A stretch of 64,000 bases of DNA from an uncultured Planctomycetia bacterium (GTDB lineage: Bacteria > Omnitrophota > Gorgyraeia > Duberdicusellales > 4484-171), in the NCBI GenBank assembly GCA_964489445.1, contig CAZAYU010000005.1, positions 4,799 to 68,798 of the forward strand. Direction: 5' to 3'. Position 1 is the first letter of the stretch. Each line of letters begins with the position of its first letter. The notes below the pieces were generated by a model that was not told the origin of the DNA, ran no database searches, and was given only the letters and a program-made list of their open reading frames with translations. Both the position numbers and the translations under genes were made by a program. Shown piece by piece: positions 1-9,477 of the stretch.

Positions 1-262
1 GCTCAAAAGAAATATTAACACCTTCTCTTGGAGCACGGGTTGCTGGCGACCAAGTAACTCCCTGAATAATGTACGGCCGCCCATTCGACAACGATCCATC
101 CTCTAATAGCTTCTCAACAATTAGCTCCCGATTATTAAGGTAAACATTATTTGCCAGGCAAGGTGCAAGACAAGCTGTACTGGTATTTAAAATAAAAAAA
201 TATCCAAGCCAGAATCCAACAAGTAAGATTTTTCGAAATGATTGGCTAATAACTAACTGCAC
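1..262 (-). CDS. N-terminal part of an exported protein, possibly glycoside-hydrolase-like (runs off window edge)
   Basis: Manual translation from GTG at 262: MQLVISQSFRKILLVGFWLGYFFIL...NGRPYIIQGVTWSPATRAPREG. Open to the window edge, with a hydrophobic N-terminus. The PYIIxGVxWSP segment resembles starts of GH TIM-barrel domains. Confidence 0.55.
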   Translation of the reverse strand, partial: MQLVISQSFRKILLVGFWLGYFFILNTSTACLAPCLANNVYLNNRELIVEKLLEDGSLSNGRPYIIQGVTWSPATRAPREGVNISFE

Positions 263-272
263 GCGCTTCAGA

Positions 273-818
273 TTATTCTATATAAGCTTTAATGATTTTC
301 TGTTCATCTGAAGGGCGGTCTGAAGAACCAGCAGGTGAATTTTCAATTTTTTGAACCACATCATACCCGGAAACAACTTCACCGAAAATAGTGTGTTTTG
401 AGTTTAACCAAGGTGTTGCAGCGGTTGTAATAAAAAATTGGCTGCCATTAGTTCCCGGCCCAGCATTTGCCATCGCCAGGATACCAGGCTTATTAAACTG
501 AGCTTGAGCAGAAACTTCATCTTCAAACGGCGCATTCCAAATTGAAGCGCCACCTCTACCAGTTCCAGTAGGATCTCCACATTGAATCATGAAATTTTTA
601 ATAACCCGATGAAATATTATCCCATCGTAATAACCACTTTCAATTAGCTTGGTAAAATTTTCACAAGCTTTGGGAGCTATCTCCGGTTTTAACTCAATTT
701 TAATTATTCCTTGATTAGTTTCTAATACCGCCATGTTTTTTCCTCCATTATTATTTTGCGCGCATCCATTGATACATAATGCACATAGTATAAATAAAAA
801 TACTAACGTTCTTTTCAT
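273..818 (-). CDS. Cyclophilin-type peptidyl-prolyl cis-trans isomerase, lipoprotein-like signal
   Basis: FHRVIKNFMIQCGDPTGTGRGG, AMANAGPGTNGSQFFIT, HTIFGEV motifs. Confidence 0.97.
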   Translation of the reverse strand: MKRTLVFLFILCALCINGCAQNNNGGKNMAVLETNQGIIKIELKPEIAPKACENFTKLIESGYYDGIIFHRVIKNFMIQCGDPTGTGRGGASIWNAPFEDEVSAQAQFNKPGILAMANAGPGTNGSQFFITTAATPWLNSKHTIFGEVVSGYDVVQKIENSPAGSSDRPSDEQKIIKAYIE

Positions 819-821
819 CTT

Positions 822-1016
822 TTACCCCCTCATCTTTTCCCAAACAAAAATAATAAATTTTCCGAGAAACCAAATAGCAAATACACCCAGCACGATCATA
901 ATTATCAGCCGAGCAAAAAAAGCCAACACAATCAATAACGGAAATAATAAAATCCCTACACCGGCTAAAACAAGTACAGCAGCCAAAAATATTAATCCAA
1001 CAAAAAACTCTTTCAT
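822..1016 (-). CDS. Small membrane protein
   Basis: 64 aa, strongly hydrophobic, tightly packed between neighbouring genes (3-4 bp gaps). Confidence 0.75.
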   Translation of the reverse strand: MKEFFVGLIFLAAVLVLAGVGILLFPLLIVLAFFARLIIMIVLGVFAIWFLGKFIIFVWEKMRG

Positions 1017-1020
1017 AGTT

Positions 1021-1344
1021 TTAGATTTCAGTTTTATCCACTAGTTTTCGATAGTACACAACACACTCCTCGCAAGTCGGCTCTTTGTCCTGCCAATGTG
1101 AATGATCTTTTCTAATTAAGTTTATTAAATACTCCTCAGCTTTAGCATGCTCTAGTGAATGTTCTTCGTGAATCATCCGTCCACAAATCTGACATTTATA
1201 TTTTCCTTTCGCTGAGCTGTTACATTCCTTATCTTGGCTACTGCACTCTTCAGAAACACTATTATCGCAACATGAAGTTTTATCATTGTTACTACTCGAA
1301 AGAAATTGTTTCATCTTTTTTAAAAATCCTATTTTCTTTTCCAT
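1021..1344 (-). CDS. Cys-rich hypothetical protein with Zn-finger-like CxxC...H/CxxC
   Basis: SCC, CQICG...HSLEH, CEEC. AAGGAGG RBS upstream. Confidence 0.8.
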   Translation of the reverse strand: MEKKIGFLKKMKQFLSSSNNDKTSCCDNSVSEECSSQDKECNSSAKGKYKCQICGRMIHEEHSLEHAKAEEYLINLIRKDHSHWQDKEPTCEECVVYYRKLVDKTEI

Positions 1345-1439
1345 TGTCCTCCTTGGTTAATAACTTATTTTGTGTAATTATACCAAAAAAAGGCTAAATT
1401 ACAATTACCGAATATCTATTACTTTTTCCTTCTACCTAA

Positions 1440-1905
1440 ACCTGCCTAAAAATATATACTTCAGGCAAAAAAATCGCCAATAAAGAAAAACTAAACTAAA
1501 ACTTGTTTGAAACACTACTTTCACCCAACTTAATATTTTTAGAAATAAGCCAAGATGATATTCTTTCGGTACCCACTTGAGAGTAACTACCTAATAATTA
1601 AGGTACGCTAATGGAGGTGCAGCTAAAAATGCCAATATTGTTGCTAAATTAACCGTTGTTTTTATGCCGTTATAAAAACAGACCAACAATTAATAAAGTA
1701 CTGTATTACCAAGATACCAAGAATAAGAAAATAAAGGCGACGATCATTTTTTTTTAGTTACCGAAACTAACAGCTCCAATGAATCCTTCAGCGTGCGAGT
1801 ATACCCACCTAAAACAGCCTGCGAACCGCCAATTGCTGCGCCGGCAAATAACAACCCCAAGCCAAGGGTTTTGATTATTTCATTGAATGCAGAATTAAGA
1901 TTTAT
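1440..1905 (-). pseudogene. Decayed, internally deleted NRAMP/MntH-like divalent metal transporter
   Basis: Minus-strand fragments read IIKTLGLGLLFAGAAIGGS (N-terminal GPGxLFAGAAIGGSH-type motif) joined in frame to AVLGGYTRTL. After frameshifts and stops they read TVNLATILAFLAAPPLAYLNY*VVTLKWVPKEYHLGLFLKILSW and FSLVFLYWRF (C-terminal TMs). Confidence 0.7.
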
Positions 1906-1976
1906 CTAATTATATATATAGGTAAGAACAAATGTTTTACACCTTAAGAACACGAGTAAAATTTCATAAGTATAAA

Positions 1977-2717
1977 TTAAATAATGCCACCTAAATATTC
2001 TAGTAAATTTACCTTAATCGGCATAAAATAAACACTACCAGAAAAAGCTTTTACCGCCTCTAACATGTTAATGGCAAACTGACGATTCCAGTCTAGGCTT
2101 GGAAGAAAATCTACAGGAAAGTTTACTTTATTGTTCTTTTCCCAGTATTGCTGAGATTTTTGACTAATAACCGGCGATACACCCCAAAATATTTCTGTGT
2201 TTTTTATTTTCTTAGCATACATTTCCATAAGCTTTAGATCAAAAAACGGCTGAGTAAAAAACCCGCTAGCGCCGACATCAATTTTCTCCTGTGCATAATC
2301 ACACTCCATAGAAAAATCCTGACGATATTGATCTACAGCAGCGTAGACTTTAACATCTGGAATTTCCTGTTTAAATTTCTTGATCAAATCAATTGAGCTA
2401 CAAAACGAAACACCATTCGGCTTTAAGTCAACATGATCACCTAGAACAACCAACACCTCCCGAATATTATTAGCGGCAAGAAAGTCCTTGAAGGGAAGTG
2501 GTTGATTTTTAGGCATTGCGCCAGCACGAATGTGCGGAATCGCCTTAGAAAAAAATCTTCGAACAAACTCGCAACACTCCAAGCTACGCATCTCATAGCG
2601 AAGAATATCCGGAATATTAATTGTCTCAACAGCCGGAAAGTTCTTTCTGACTGATTCCAACTCTTGGAAAAATAATCCCGCTGAACGTGGAACAAGCTCA
2701 ATAGAAATTCTTTTCAT
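1977..2717 (-). CDS. metF: Methylenetetrahydrofolate reductase family protein
   Basis: SIELVPR, NIPD, IPHIR, VLGD, GFFTQPFFD motifs of the MTHFR TIM barrel. Confidence 0.85.
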   Translation of the reverse strand: MKRISIELVPRSAGLFFQELESVRKNFPAVETINIPDILRYEMRSLECCEFVRRFFSKAIPHIRAGAMPKNQPLPFKDFLAANNIREVLVVLGDHVDLKPNGVSFCSSIDLIKKFKQEIPDVKVYAAVDQYRQDFSMECDYAQEKIDVGASGFFTQPFFDLKLMEMYAKKIKNTEIFWGVSPVISQKSQQYWEKNNKVNFPVDFLPSLDWNRQFAINMLEAVKAFSGSVYFMPIKVNLLEYLGGII

Positions 2718-2722
2718 GCGAA

Positions 2723-2896
2723 CTATTTCTTCACCTCACCCATTAACGCTTTTTCCAAGGCTACCCGCAGGCGGTTAACTTCTGCCCGGGGAAGACGAAA
2801 CTGAGAACGAAGCATTGGCGTTGAAATCGTAAACTCAAATAAATTATTATTTTTCGGAACCCGCTGGATACTGACGTTCATGGAAACTTTTGCCAT
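2723..2896 (-). CDS. Unannotated 57-aa protein
   Basis: MAKVSMNVSIQRVPKNNNLFEFTISTPMLRSQFRLPRAEVNRLRVALEKALMGEVKK. Strong AGGAGGT RBS; stop lies 5 bp before the metF start. Confidence 0.8.
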   Translation of the reverse strand: MAKVSMNVSIQRVPKNNNLFEFTISTPMLRSQFRLPRAEVNRLRVALEKALMGEVKK

Positions 2897-2946
2897 AGAC
2901 TACCTCCTGAACACAAAATTATTATCATTTTAACCATTATTATCTA

Positions 2947-4068
2947 TTACGAAAATTCACTATAGATCCGTCCGAAATCAATTTGACCGATAATCTTACC
3001 TTTGTACTCAGAAGCAAGATTGCTGCAAGCTTCTTTCAAATCATCGCTTTGAGCACCATTTTTTAACGCAAGATAAGACTCTAGAAAAGCAGCTAACTTA
3101 TCAACCGCTTTAATCATTTTCCCGTCTCTTGAGGGAATATCTCTAAATTCATCTTCAGTAAATTTCTTCATCTGGTTGTGCCAATAATCCGGAATCAATT
3201 TATATATTCTTTTCTCCATTTCCTGTCGCTCGTAACCTTGAATTAGTTCCCGCAAACCTTCTACGGAACCTTTAACCGGGTTGATTACATCACGGGTCAA
3301 AACTTCCGGCAAGTCATGAAACAAGCCGGTAAAGTAATTATTGAATACTCTTTGAGTATCAGCACCAGCTTCCAAAGAAAACAAGTAAGAAAGTATCGCC
3401 ACAATTAGCATATGTCCTAAAACAGAGGTCTTGGGTACACGATGCAGATGGCTCCAACGAATTTGAAACCTCAACTGGCCGCAGATATTCACAAAATCTT
3501 GTAAATTAGAAGAAGAAAGTAGAATCTGCATACTATTTAAATCGTGATATCTTTTTTCTTTAAACTCTAAATCACTGCGAATATCTTCAACTAAATAACC
3601 CTCGGGATTCATCCTTTGAATAATGTTGAACTCCCACTTAGTTGCATAAAAATGTGCAGCACTGATAATTCTTCTGTTTATATTCCGCTTGGGTTCAGAA
3701 AGATAGCTTTTGAAACGTCGACAAAAGTCTTCGCCTAATGGGGCGATAACATTCTTTATTCTTTTGTAAGCCCACTCATTTAAAAGAGAATACTTTTCTT
3801 TGTCTTCTTTTATCCGATGAAACAATGGAGGCTTTAGGTCGGTAAGCACTATCCTTTGCAAAAATTCAAAGAATCCAAATTCAATTACTTCTACCCAATT
3901 AAAGCCTTCTGTTCTAGCATTTTCCTCGCACTTACCCAGACAATAGGCGATTATCATTTTATGCGCCTGTTTATCCAACTCTGTCATCTCGACTACTCGG
4001 ATTTGATCATTCCAACGCTGCATGCTTGCAGCTTCATAAATTTTTAGTAGTAATTCCTTCTTAACCAT
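2947..4068 (-). CDS. HD-domain phosphohydrolase (tandem HD-like)
   Basis: MQRWND..ELDKQAH in the first half; RW...SVLGH...FHDLPE...AVDKL in the second half. Confidence 0.85.
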   Translation of the reverse strand: MVKKELLLKIYEAASMQRWNDQIRVVEMTELDKQAHKMIIAYCLGKCEENARTEGFNWVEVIEFGFFEFLQRIVLTDLKPPLFHRIKEDKEKYSLLNEWAYKRIKNVIAPLGEDFCRRFKSYLSEPKRNINRRIISAAHFYATKWEFNIIQRMNPEGYLVEDIRSDLEFKEKRYHDLNSMQILLSSSNLQDFVNICGQLRFQIRWSHLHRVPKTSVLGHMLIVAILSYLFSLEAGADTQRVFNNYFTGLFHDLPEVLTRDVINPVKGSVEGLRELIQGYERQEMEKRIYKLIPDYWHNQMKKFTEDEFRDIPSRDGKMIKAVDKLAAFLESYLALKNGAQSDDLKEACSNLASEYKGKIIGQIDFGRIYSEFS

Positions 4069-4204
4069 TGGACATAATTTTAATTTTGTATCTACTCTTC
4101 GGTATCTAAATTATACCATCTAACTAGATATTTAAAACTACTTCTTAAAATGCGAGTTTTAGTCTTGTTTTAAACAGAATAGTAAAGCGATGATTAATAC
4201 TTTC

Positions 4205-7200
4205 TTAGTTATTATTCTTTTTAACTGTTGAATGTCCAAAAAATTTAATAGCAAAATCATCAATAATCGCATAAATGCAAGGCAATGCGATTAAGGTCAG
4301 TACAGTCGCACATATAATTCCCCAAACAATTGTTAAGGCCATCGGCCGCAAAAAAGGATCACCTCCACCAATACCGTATGCTGTAGGAGTTAGCCCTAAA
4401 GCCGTCGTAATTGTTGTTAGTAACACCGGACGGAGACGTAATCGTCCAGCTTCAACTATTGATTGATGCCTATTAACTCCCTGACGACGAAGATGATTAA
4501 TGAACTCTACCAAAACTATAGAATCGTTCACGACAATTCCTGTTAATCCCACGGCCCCCATAAACATAAAAAATCCAATTGGAAAACCATGAAAAAAAAA
4601 CGCCCAAATAACTCCAATTAACCCAAACGGAATAGCCATCATCACAACCAATGGCTGAACTAACGAATTAAAATTAGCGGCCAGAATTAAAAAAATCATA
4701 AATAGCGCCAAAACAAAAGCGTTCCCAAAACTTTTCATTGACTTAGTATTTTCTTCCTGCTCTCCCCCGTATTTTATACTGTAACCGGGATACTGCTCAG
4801 CAATGTTTTCAAATTTTCCTTCCAAAAGTTTATTGGCTTCCACAGAAGTAATTTGCTGCACATCAACATCAGCCCTAACAGTAATCACTCTCTTTCCGTC
4901 TAGATGTTTAATCCTGGCTAAAGACCTACCATCTTCTAATCTGGCTACATTACCTAACGAAATAAGATTACCAAATTTATTAGGAATTAGTATCTTTTTA
5001 AAAGCTTCTCGTGTTGTACGATAATTTTCCGGAAAACGAACCAAAACATCAATTTCCTCCTCAGCTTTAACTGGCTTGATGGATGTCGCCACGCCACCTC
5101 GAAACGCATTACGAATACTTACAGCTATCTCTTCAACTGTAAGAAAAGCCTGAGCAGCTTTATCGTCATCAATAATCACTCTAATTTCTCCAATGCCTGT
5201 TTCGTAGTCAGAAACAACATCAGAGACACCTTGTAAATTCCTTAAAAATTCAGAAATTTGTTTAGAGATTATCTCCAACACAGAAAATTTTTCTCCTCTT
5301 ATCTGAACAGCAATTGGCTTTCCGACCGGCGGTCCAGCTTGCGGCTTTTCAAAATAAATTTTCTCGAATCCTTTAACGTCCTTTGTTGTTTTTCGAAAAT
5401 CATTAATTATCTGACTAACCTTTTTTTTACGCTTTGAATAAGGAGTAAGGTAAACGACTACTTGAGCGATATGGCTGCCAGACTTTCCGTATGGATCAAA
5501 CTGCCACGTATCTCCTGACGATCCTATTTGAGTGGTATAAGACTCTACTTGATTCTCGGGTAACAAACTTACTTTCTCTTCAATCTGGCCGATTAAATCG
5601 TCAACCGCATATAAATTACTCCCTACTGGAGCTTCAACATGGATACTAAATTCTTCAATGCCCTCTTCTGAACCAAATAATACATGTGGCATGTTAGCGG
5701 CAAGAATAATAGTTGCGATAAATACTAATACCAACCCTAAAAATACCCAATAACGATTGTTTAAGGCTCCTCCGACAATTTTTGTGTACCCACTTATTAC
5801 CTTTTTAAACCAAGGCAAATCTTTACGCGATTTAAAATTCTTATCTGTTCGAATAAAATCAGCAAAATGCGAAGGTAAAATTATCAAAGCTTCAAATAAA
5901 GAACACAATAGAGCAATAATTACCACCAGAGGTATACCCCAGATAAATTTGCCTAGCATCCCCTCCATAAACAAAAGAGGACTAAACGCAGCAATTGTAG
6001 TAATAATGGTAGTAGTAACCGGCTTGACTACTTCTTGCGTTCCAGCGATTGCCGCCTCTTTTGGACTTAACCCTTGCTCTAAATAGCGAGTACAATTCTC
6101 CGCAACTATAATTCCGTCATCAACTAACATTCCCAAGACTATAATCAGCCCGAACATAGTAACTAAATTAATGCTTATACCTAGCAGCCCCATAATCGTG
6201 ATGGTCGCACAAAAAGCAATTGGCAAACCTAACGTCGTCAGTAATGCAACTCGAAACTTTAAAAAAACCATTAACACCACACAAACTAAAAAAATCCCGA
6301 TCATCGCGTTATTTTTTAATACACCCAAACGCCGTTTAATATAGAAGGAAACATCATTTATGTACGACACCTTTAGTTTGCTGTCAGCATTCTTTAAAAA
6401 CTTTTCTGTTTTTTCTTTTACTGCATCCACTATTCCTATCGCATCGCCACTGGATCGCTTTATAACAATCAAATTAATCGAGCGGGTCCCCATACTTTTA
6501 TTTATAGTAGTCTCATCTTCAAAAGAAAACCGCACGTCTGCTACATCCTTAATCCGCAACCAATTGCCCACTTCGTTAGCCCTAATTACCACATTTCCAA
6601 TTTCCTCTGTAGTGTGAAATTCACCACTAGTACGAATATTGAATTCCTCTGGTCCTCTTAATTTCCCTCCGGGTAAATTAGCATTTTTTCTGCTTAAAGC
6701 ATTCATCACCTCTTTCAGGCTCAAGTGTGTCTCAAAAAGCTTATCAGGGTTAACTTCAACCCACACTTCCCGATCACGAAAACCACTACGTGAAATCTTG
6801 GAAACACCAGGAATATCCTCTAACAAATCTTCTAAATTCTCTGCATACCCCTGAAGTTTAATTTCCGTTAAATCTCCGCTTAGCGCAACCTGGACAACCG
6901 GCATCTCTCCTGATGTTATCTCAGTAACCACTGGATCATCTTCTACACCCTTGGGTAAATTTTTGACCCTATCTACAGCTTTTTGAATATCACTGATGAC
7001 TTTTCGTTTATTTTTAGCGTCCTGGCTTAAATCAACAACGATAGTAGAAACACCTTCTAAAGAAGTAGAAACCATTTCTTCTGTTTCATCAACCCCTTTC
7101 AATTCTTTTTCCAAAGGAACAGTAACCAGCTTCTCCATTTCTTCAGGCGAAGCCCCTGGATAAACAGCACTAATAACCACACTGTCATAAGAAACATCGG

Positions 7201-7318
7201 GAAATGCTTCACGACGAATTTTATACACATAAAAGGTAGAAAAGCCAGCAATCAAGATGAACAAGGATATCAAATTTATCAATAACGAATGTTTAACAGA
7301 AAATTCTGAAATTTTCAT
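4205..7318 (-). CDS. RND efflux transporter permease (AcrB/AcrD/AcrF family)
   Basis: 1037 aa; YPGASPEE, GMLVDDGII.EN, RLRPVLLTT motifs. Confidence 0.96.
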   Translation of the reverse strand: MKISEFSVKHSLLINLISLFILIAGFSTFYVYKIRREAFPDVSYDSVVISAVYPGASPEEMEKLVTVPLEKELKGVDETEEMVSTSLEGVSTIVVDLSQDAKNKRKVISDIQKAVDRVKNLPKGVEDDPVVTEITSGEMPVVQVALSGDLTEIKLQGYAENLEDLLEDIPGVSKISRSGFRDREVWVEVNPDKLFETHLSLKEVMNALSRKNANLPGGKLRGPEEFNIRTSGEFHTTEEIGNVVIRANEVGNWLRIKDVADVRFSFEDETTINKSMGTRSINLIVIKRSSGDAIGIVDAVKEKTEKFLKNADSKLKVSYINDVSFYIKRRLGVLKNNAMIGIFLVCVVLMVFLKFRVALLTTLGLPIAFCATITIMGLLGISINLVTMFGLIIVLGMLVDDGIIVAENCTRYLEQGLSPKEAAIAGTQEVVKPVTTTIITTIAAFSPLLFMEGMLGKFIWGIPLVVIIALLCSLFEALIILPSHFADFIRTDKNFKSRKDLPWFKKVISGYTKIVGGALNNRYWVFLGLVLVFIATIILAANMPHVLFGSEEGIEEFSIHVEAPVGSNLYAVDDLIGQIEEKVSLLPENQVESYTTQIGSSGDTWQFDPYGKSGSHIAQVVVYLTPYSKRKKKVSQIINDFRKTTKDVKGFEKIYFEKPQAGPPVGKPIAVQIRGEKFSVLEIISKQISEFLRNLQGVSDVVSDYETGIGEIRVIIDDDKAAQAFLTVEEIAVSIRNAFRGGVATSIKPVKAEEEIDVLVRFPENYRTTREAFKKILIPNKFGNLISLGNVARLEDGRSLARIKHLDGKRVITVRADVDVQQITSVEANKLLEGKFENIAEQYPGYSIKYGGEQEENTKSMKSFGNAFVLALFMIFLILAANFNSLVQPLVVMMAIPFGLIGVIWAFFFHGFPIGFFMFMGAVGLTGIVVNDSIVLVEFINHLRRQGVNRHQSIVEAGRLRLRPVLLTTITTALGLTPTAYGIGGGDPFLRPMALTIVWGIICATVLTLIALPCIYAIIDDFAIKFFGHSTVKKNNN

Positions 7319-8868
7319 AGCGGCAGTGTCCAGTATTTATCTAACAATGAATTTTTAGCTAATTCCAATTCGGCCAAGCTTACCCGATACCGATAGCGAT
7401 AAGTTGCTAATTTAAGCCGAGCATTTAGCAAGTCTTGTTCATAAGTAATCAGCGTATCTGAGTTAGAGCGCCCGTAATTAATTCGTTTTACCTGTTCAGC
7501 TAACTTCTCCGCATGTATCTCAACTGTAGACTGAAACAATTCAACTTGCTTTAACATTGTATTTACTTTGCTAACGCTATTGTTGATTTCTCGTAAAATA
7601 TCCCGTTCAGTTTTTTTTAGCTCCAATAATAATTTTTGTTTGCTTAGACTTTCCTGCTCCAAAACCGATTTGGCCTCTCGGTTTTCCAGCGGGAACTTAA
7701 AACCAACTTTCACCAGAACTTCATCATTGCTGTTTTGGGATATATTTTCCCATGATTTACGGCGATCGCCAGATATATTGTTACGACTATATGTTGCTGT
7801 TAAATCAATCTGTGGCCATAAGGCATTTTTCTTAACAATAATTTCAATACCACTTTTCTTTAAATCATTCTCAATACGTTTATAGTCGCGACGATGGTTG
7901 ATTGCACCTTCTAAAGACTTCGCTAAATTAACACTTTCTAAAACACAGACAAGAGTATCCTCTGCTTTAATATTTTGCGAAAAATATCCATTGTTAATTA
8001 GAAATAATAAATTATTTTTTTCTGTTTCCCGGGCTAACCCTGCTACCTCTACCTCACTTTTTCGGGCATACACCAACGCCTCTACTGCTAAAAAGTCACC
8101 CTTTTCCGCAAGGCCCAATGAATACTTTTCCTTGTAAACATTGTAAAGCTTGTTCGCCTGAATTAACATGTCTTTAGCAACCATAAGCTCCTTTGTTCTC
8201 AAGACGAATCCCCAATAAGCTACCTGGACATCAAACAAAGACTTTTCTATGTCATTTAGGGAAGTCAATTCAGAATTTTCAATATCAATTTTAGTTACTT
8301 TAACTTGAGAACGATCAGCTAAGCCGAAAAAGTTTCTCCCCAGTTCTTGAGTTAAACTTAATCCCGCTGAAGCTTCATTATATGGGCTGTTACTAACTGC
8401 ATTGCTGTTTGTGCTATTGCGAGAATTGGCTATATCTAAGATAACTGTTGTTCCTGTAGAAAGTTTTTTTTCAATGCCCGTAGAATAAAATACTTCTTTT
8501 TCACGACTAGCAGAAGCAACAAGCGGACTCATTTGTTTATTAAGATCATACGAAGCCTCTGCTTTTAAAAAAGTATCAAAGATTGATTCTGCCTCGCCGA
8601 GAGAAGCCCGTTCAATGTAGGTATCAAATTTAGCAATCTGGATATCCAATGAATTGCTTAGCGCTAATTGCATTACTTCATCTAAAGAAAGCCAGATAGC
8701 CGCAATAACCTCACCAACATAATCGCTATCGACTCCAGAGGAACCTTGAAGGCTGTTTTCCTGATAAACATTCTGGGAATATACTAATTCCGGTTGCAGA
8801 ATTATCATCCCTACCACCAAGATTGCTAAAAACATTACTAAACTATTTTTTTTTATTTCGTTCATCAA
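7315..8868 (-). CDS. TolC-family outer membrane efflux protein
   Basis: Signal peptide, LSLDEVMQLALSNSLDIQ, two OEP repeats; overlaps the RND start. Confidence 0.9.
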   Translation of the reverse strand: MMNEIKKNSLVMFLAILVVGMIILQPELVYSQNVYQENSLQGSSGVDSDYVGEVIAAIWLSLDEVMQLALSNSLDIQIAKFDTYIERASLGEAESIFDTFLKAEASYDLNKQMSPLVASASREKEVFYSTGIEKKLSTGTTVILDIANSRNSTNSNAVSNSPYNEASAGLSLTQELGRNFFGLADRSQVKVTKIDIENSELTSLNDIEKSLFDVQVAYWGFVLRTKELMVAKDMLIQANKLYNVYKEKYSLGLAEKGDFLAVEALVYARKSEVEVAGLARETEKNNLLFLINNGYFSQNIKAEDTLVCVLESVNLAKSLEGAINHRRDYKRIENDLKKSGIEIIVKKNALWPQIDLTATYSRNNISGDRRKSWENISQNSNDEVLVKVGFKFPLENREAKSVLEQESLSKQKLLLELKKTERDILREINNSVSKVNTMLKQVELFQSTVEIHAEKLAEQVKRINYGRSNSDTLITYEQDLLNARLKLATYRYRYRVSLAELELAKNSLLDKYWTLPL

Positions 8869-9310
8869 GAGTCTCTTTAACTTTGTTAATAATTTTTAAA
8901 TAGATCTCCCTCTCCTGACTACTTAACCCCTTAAAGGCTTCTTCGATAAACTTTTTCCGAGTCTCCTTTATTCGGCCGACCGCTTTTACGCCTTGAGAGG
9001 TTATTGCGATATGCACAACCCGTCGATCCATCTTATCATAGGATCTTTTTACCATTTTTATTCCTACTAACCGTCCAACCAAGCCAGTTGCTGCCGGAAG
9101 GCTAACTCCTAAAGCTTTAGCAATCTCCTTCATTTTTAATGAACCGCTTCCTTTGAGTACATCTAAAGCGATATACTGCGGAAAAGTAATCCTGCCCTCA
9201 AGCAAAGCATCCGAATTATTACTAAGCACAGAAAACGAAAGTCGCATAATGTAAGGAATAATTGCCGAAAGCTCTTCAGCGAAGTTTGATACTGACAACT
9301 TCTTAGACAT
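8843..9310 (-). CDS. MarR family transcriptional regulator
   Basis: ITFPQY..L, EIAKALGVSLPAATGLVGRL, DRRVVHIAITSQG. Confidence 0.95.
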   Translation of the reverse strand: MSKKLSVSNFAEELSAIIPYIMRLSFSVLSNNSDALLEGRITFPQYIALDVLKGSGSLKMKEIAKALGVSLPAATGLVGRLVGIKMVKRSYDKMDRRVVHIAITSQGVKAVGRIKETRKKFIEEAFKGLSSQEREIYLKIINKVKETLDERNKKK

Positions 9311-9328
9311 CGTTAACCTCCTTAATAC

Positions 9329-9385
9329 TTAACCATGTTAACCATTAACTACGCAAAGTATACCCCACTCTTACCCAAATGTCAA
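9329..9385 (-). promoter_or_regulatory. Sigma70 promoter of the marR-tolC-RND operon with a candidate MarR operator
   Basis: TTGACA (9385-9380), 17 nt, TATACT (9362-9357). Palindrome TTAAC-CAT-GTTAA at 9329-9341 downstream. Confidence 0.8.
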
Positions 9386-9477
9386 GTTAGTTGCTAGTTA
9401 AAAAGATACTTACTATCGTGGATATCTTGAGGACATAAAAAAAGACTTTTTGTTAGTCCTGCATCGACAAAATATGT

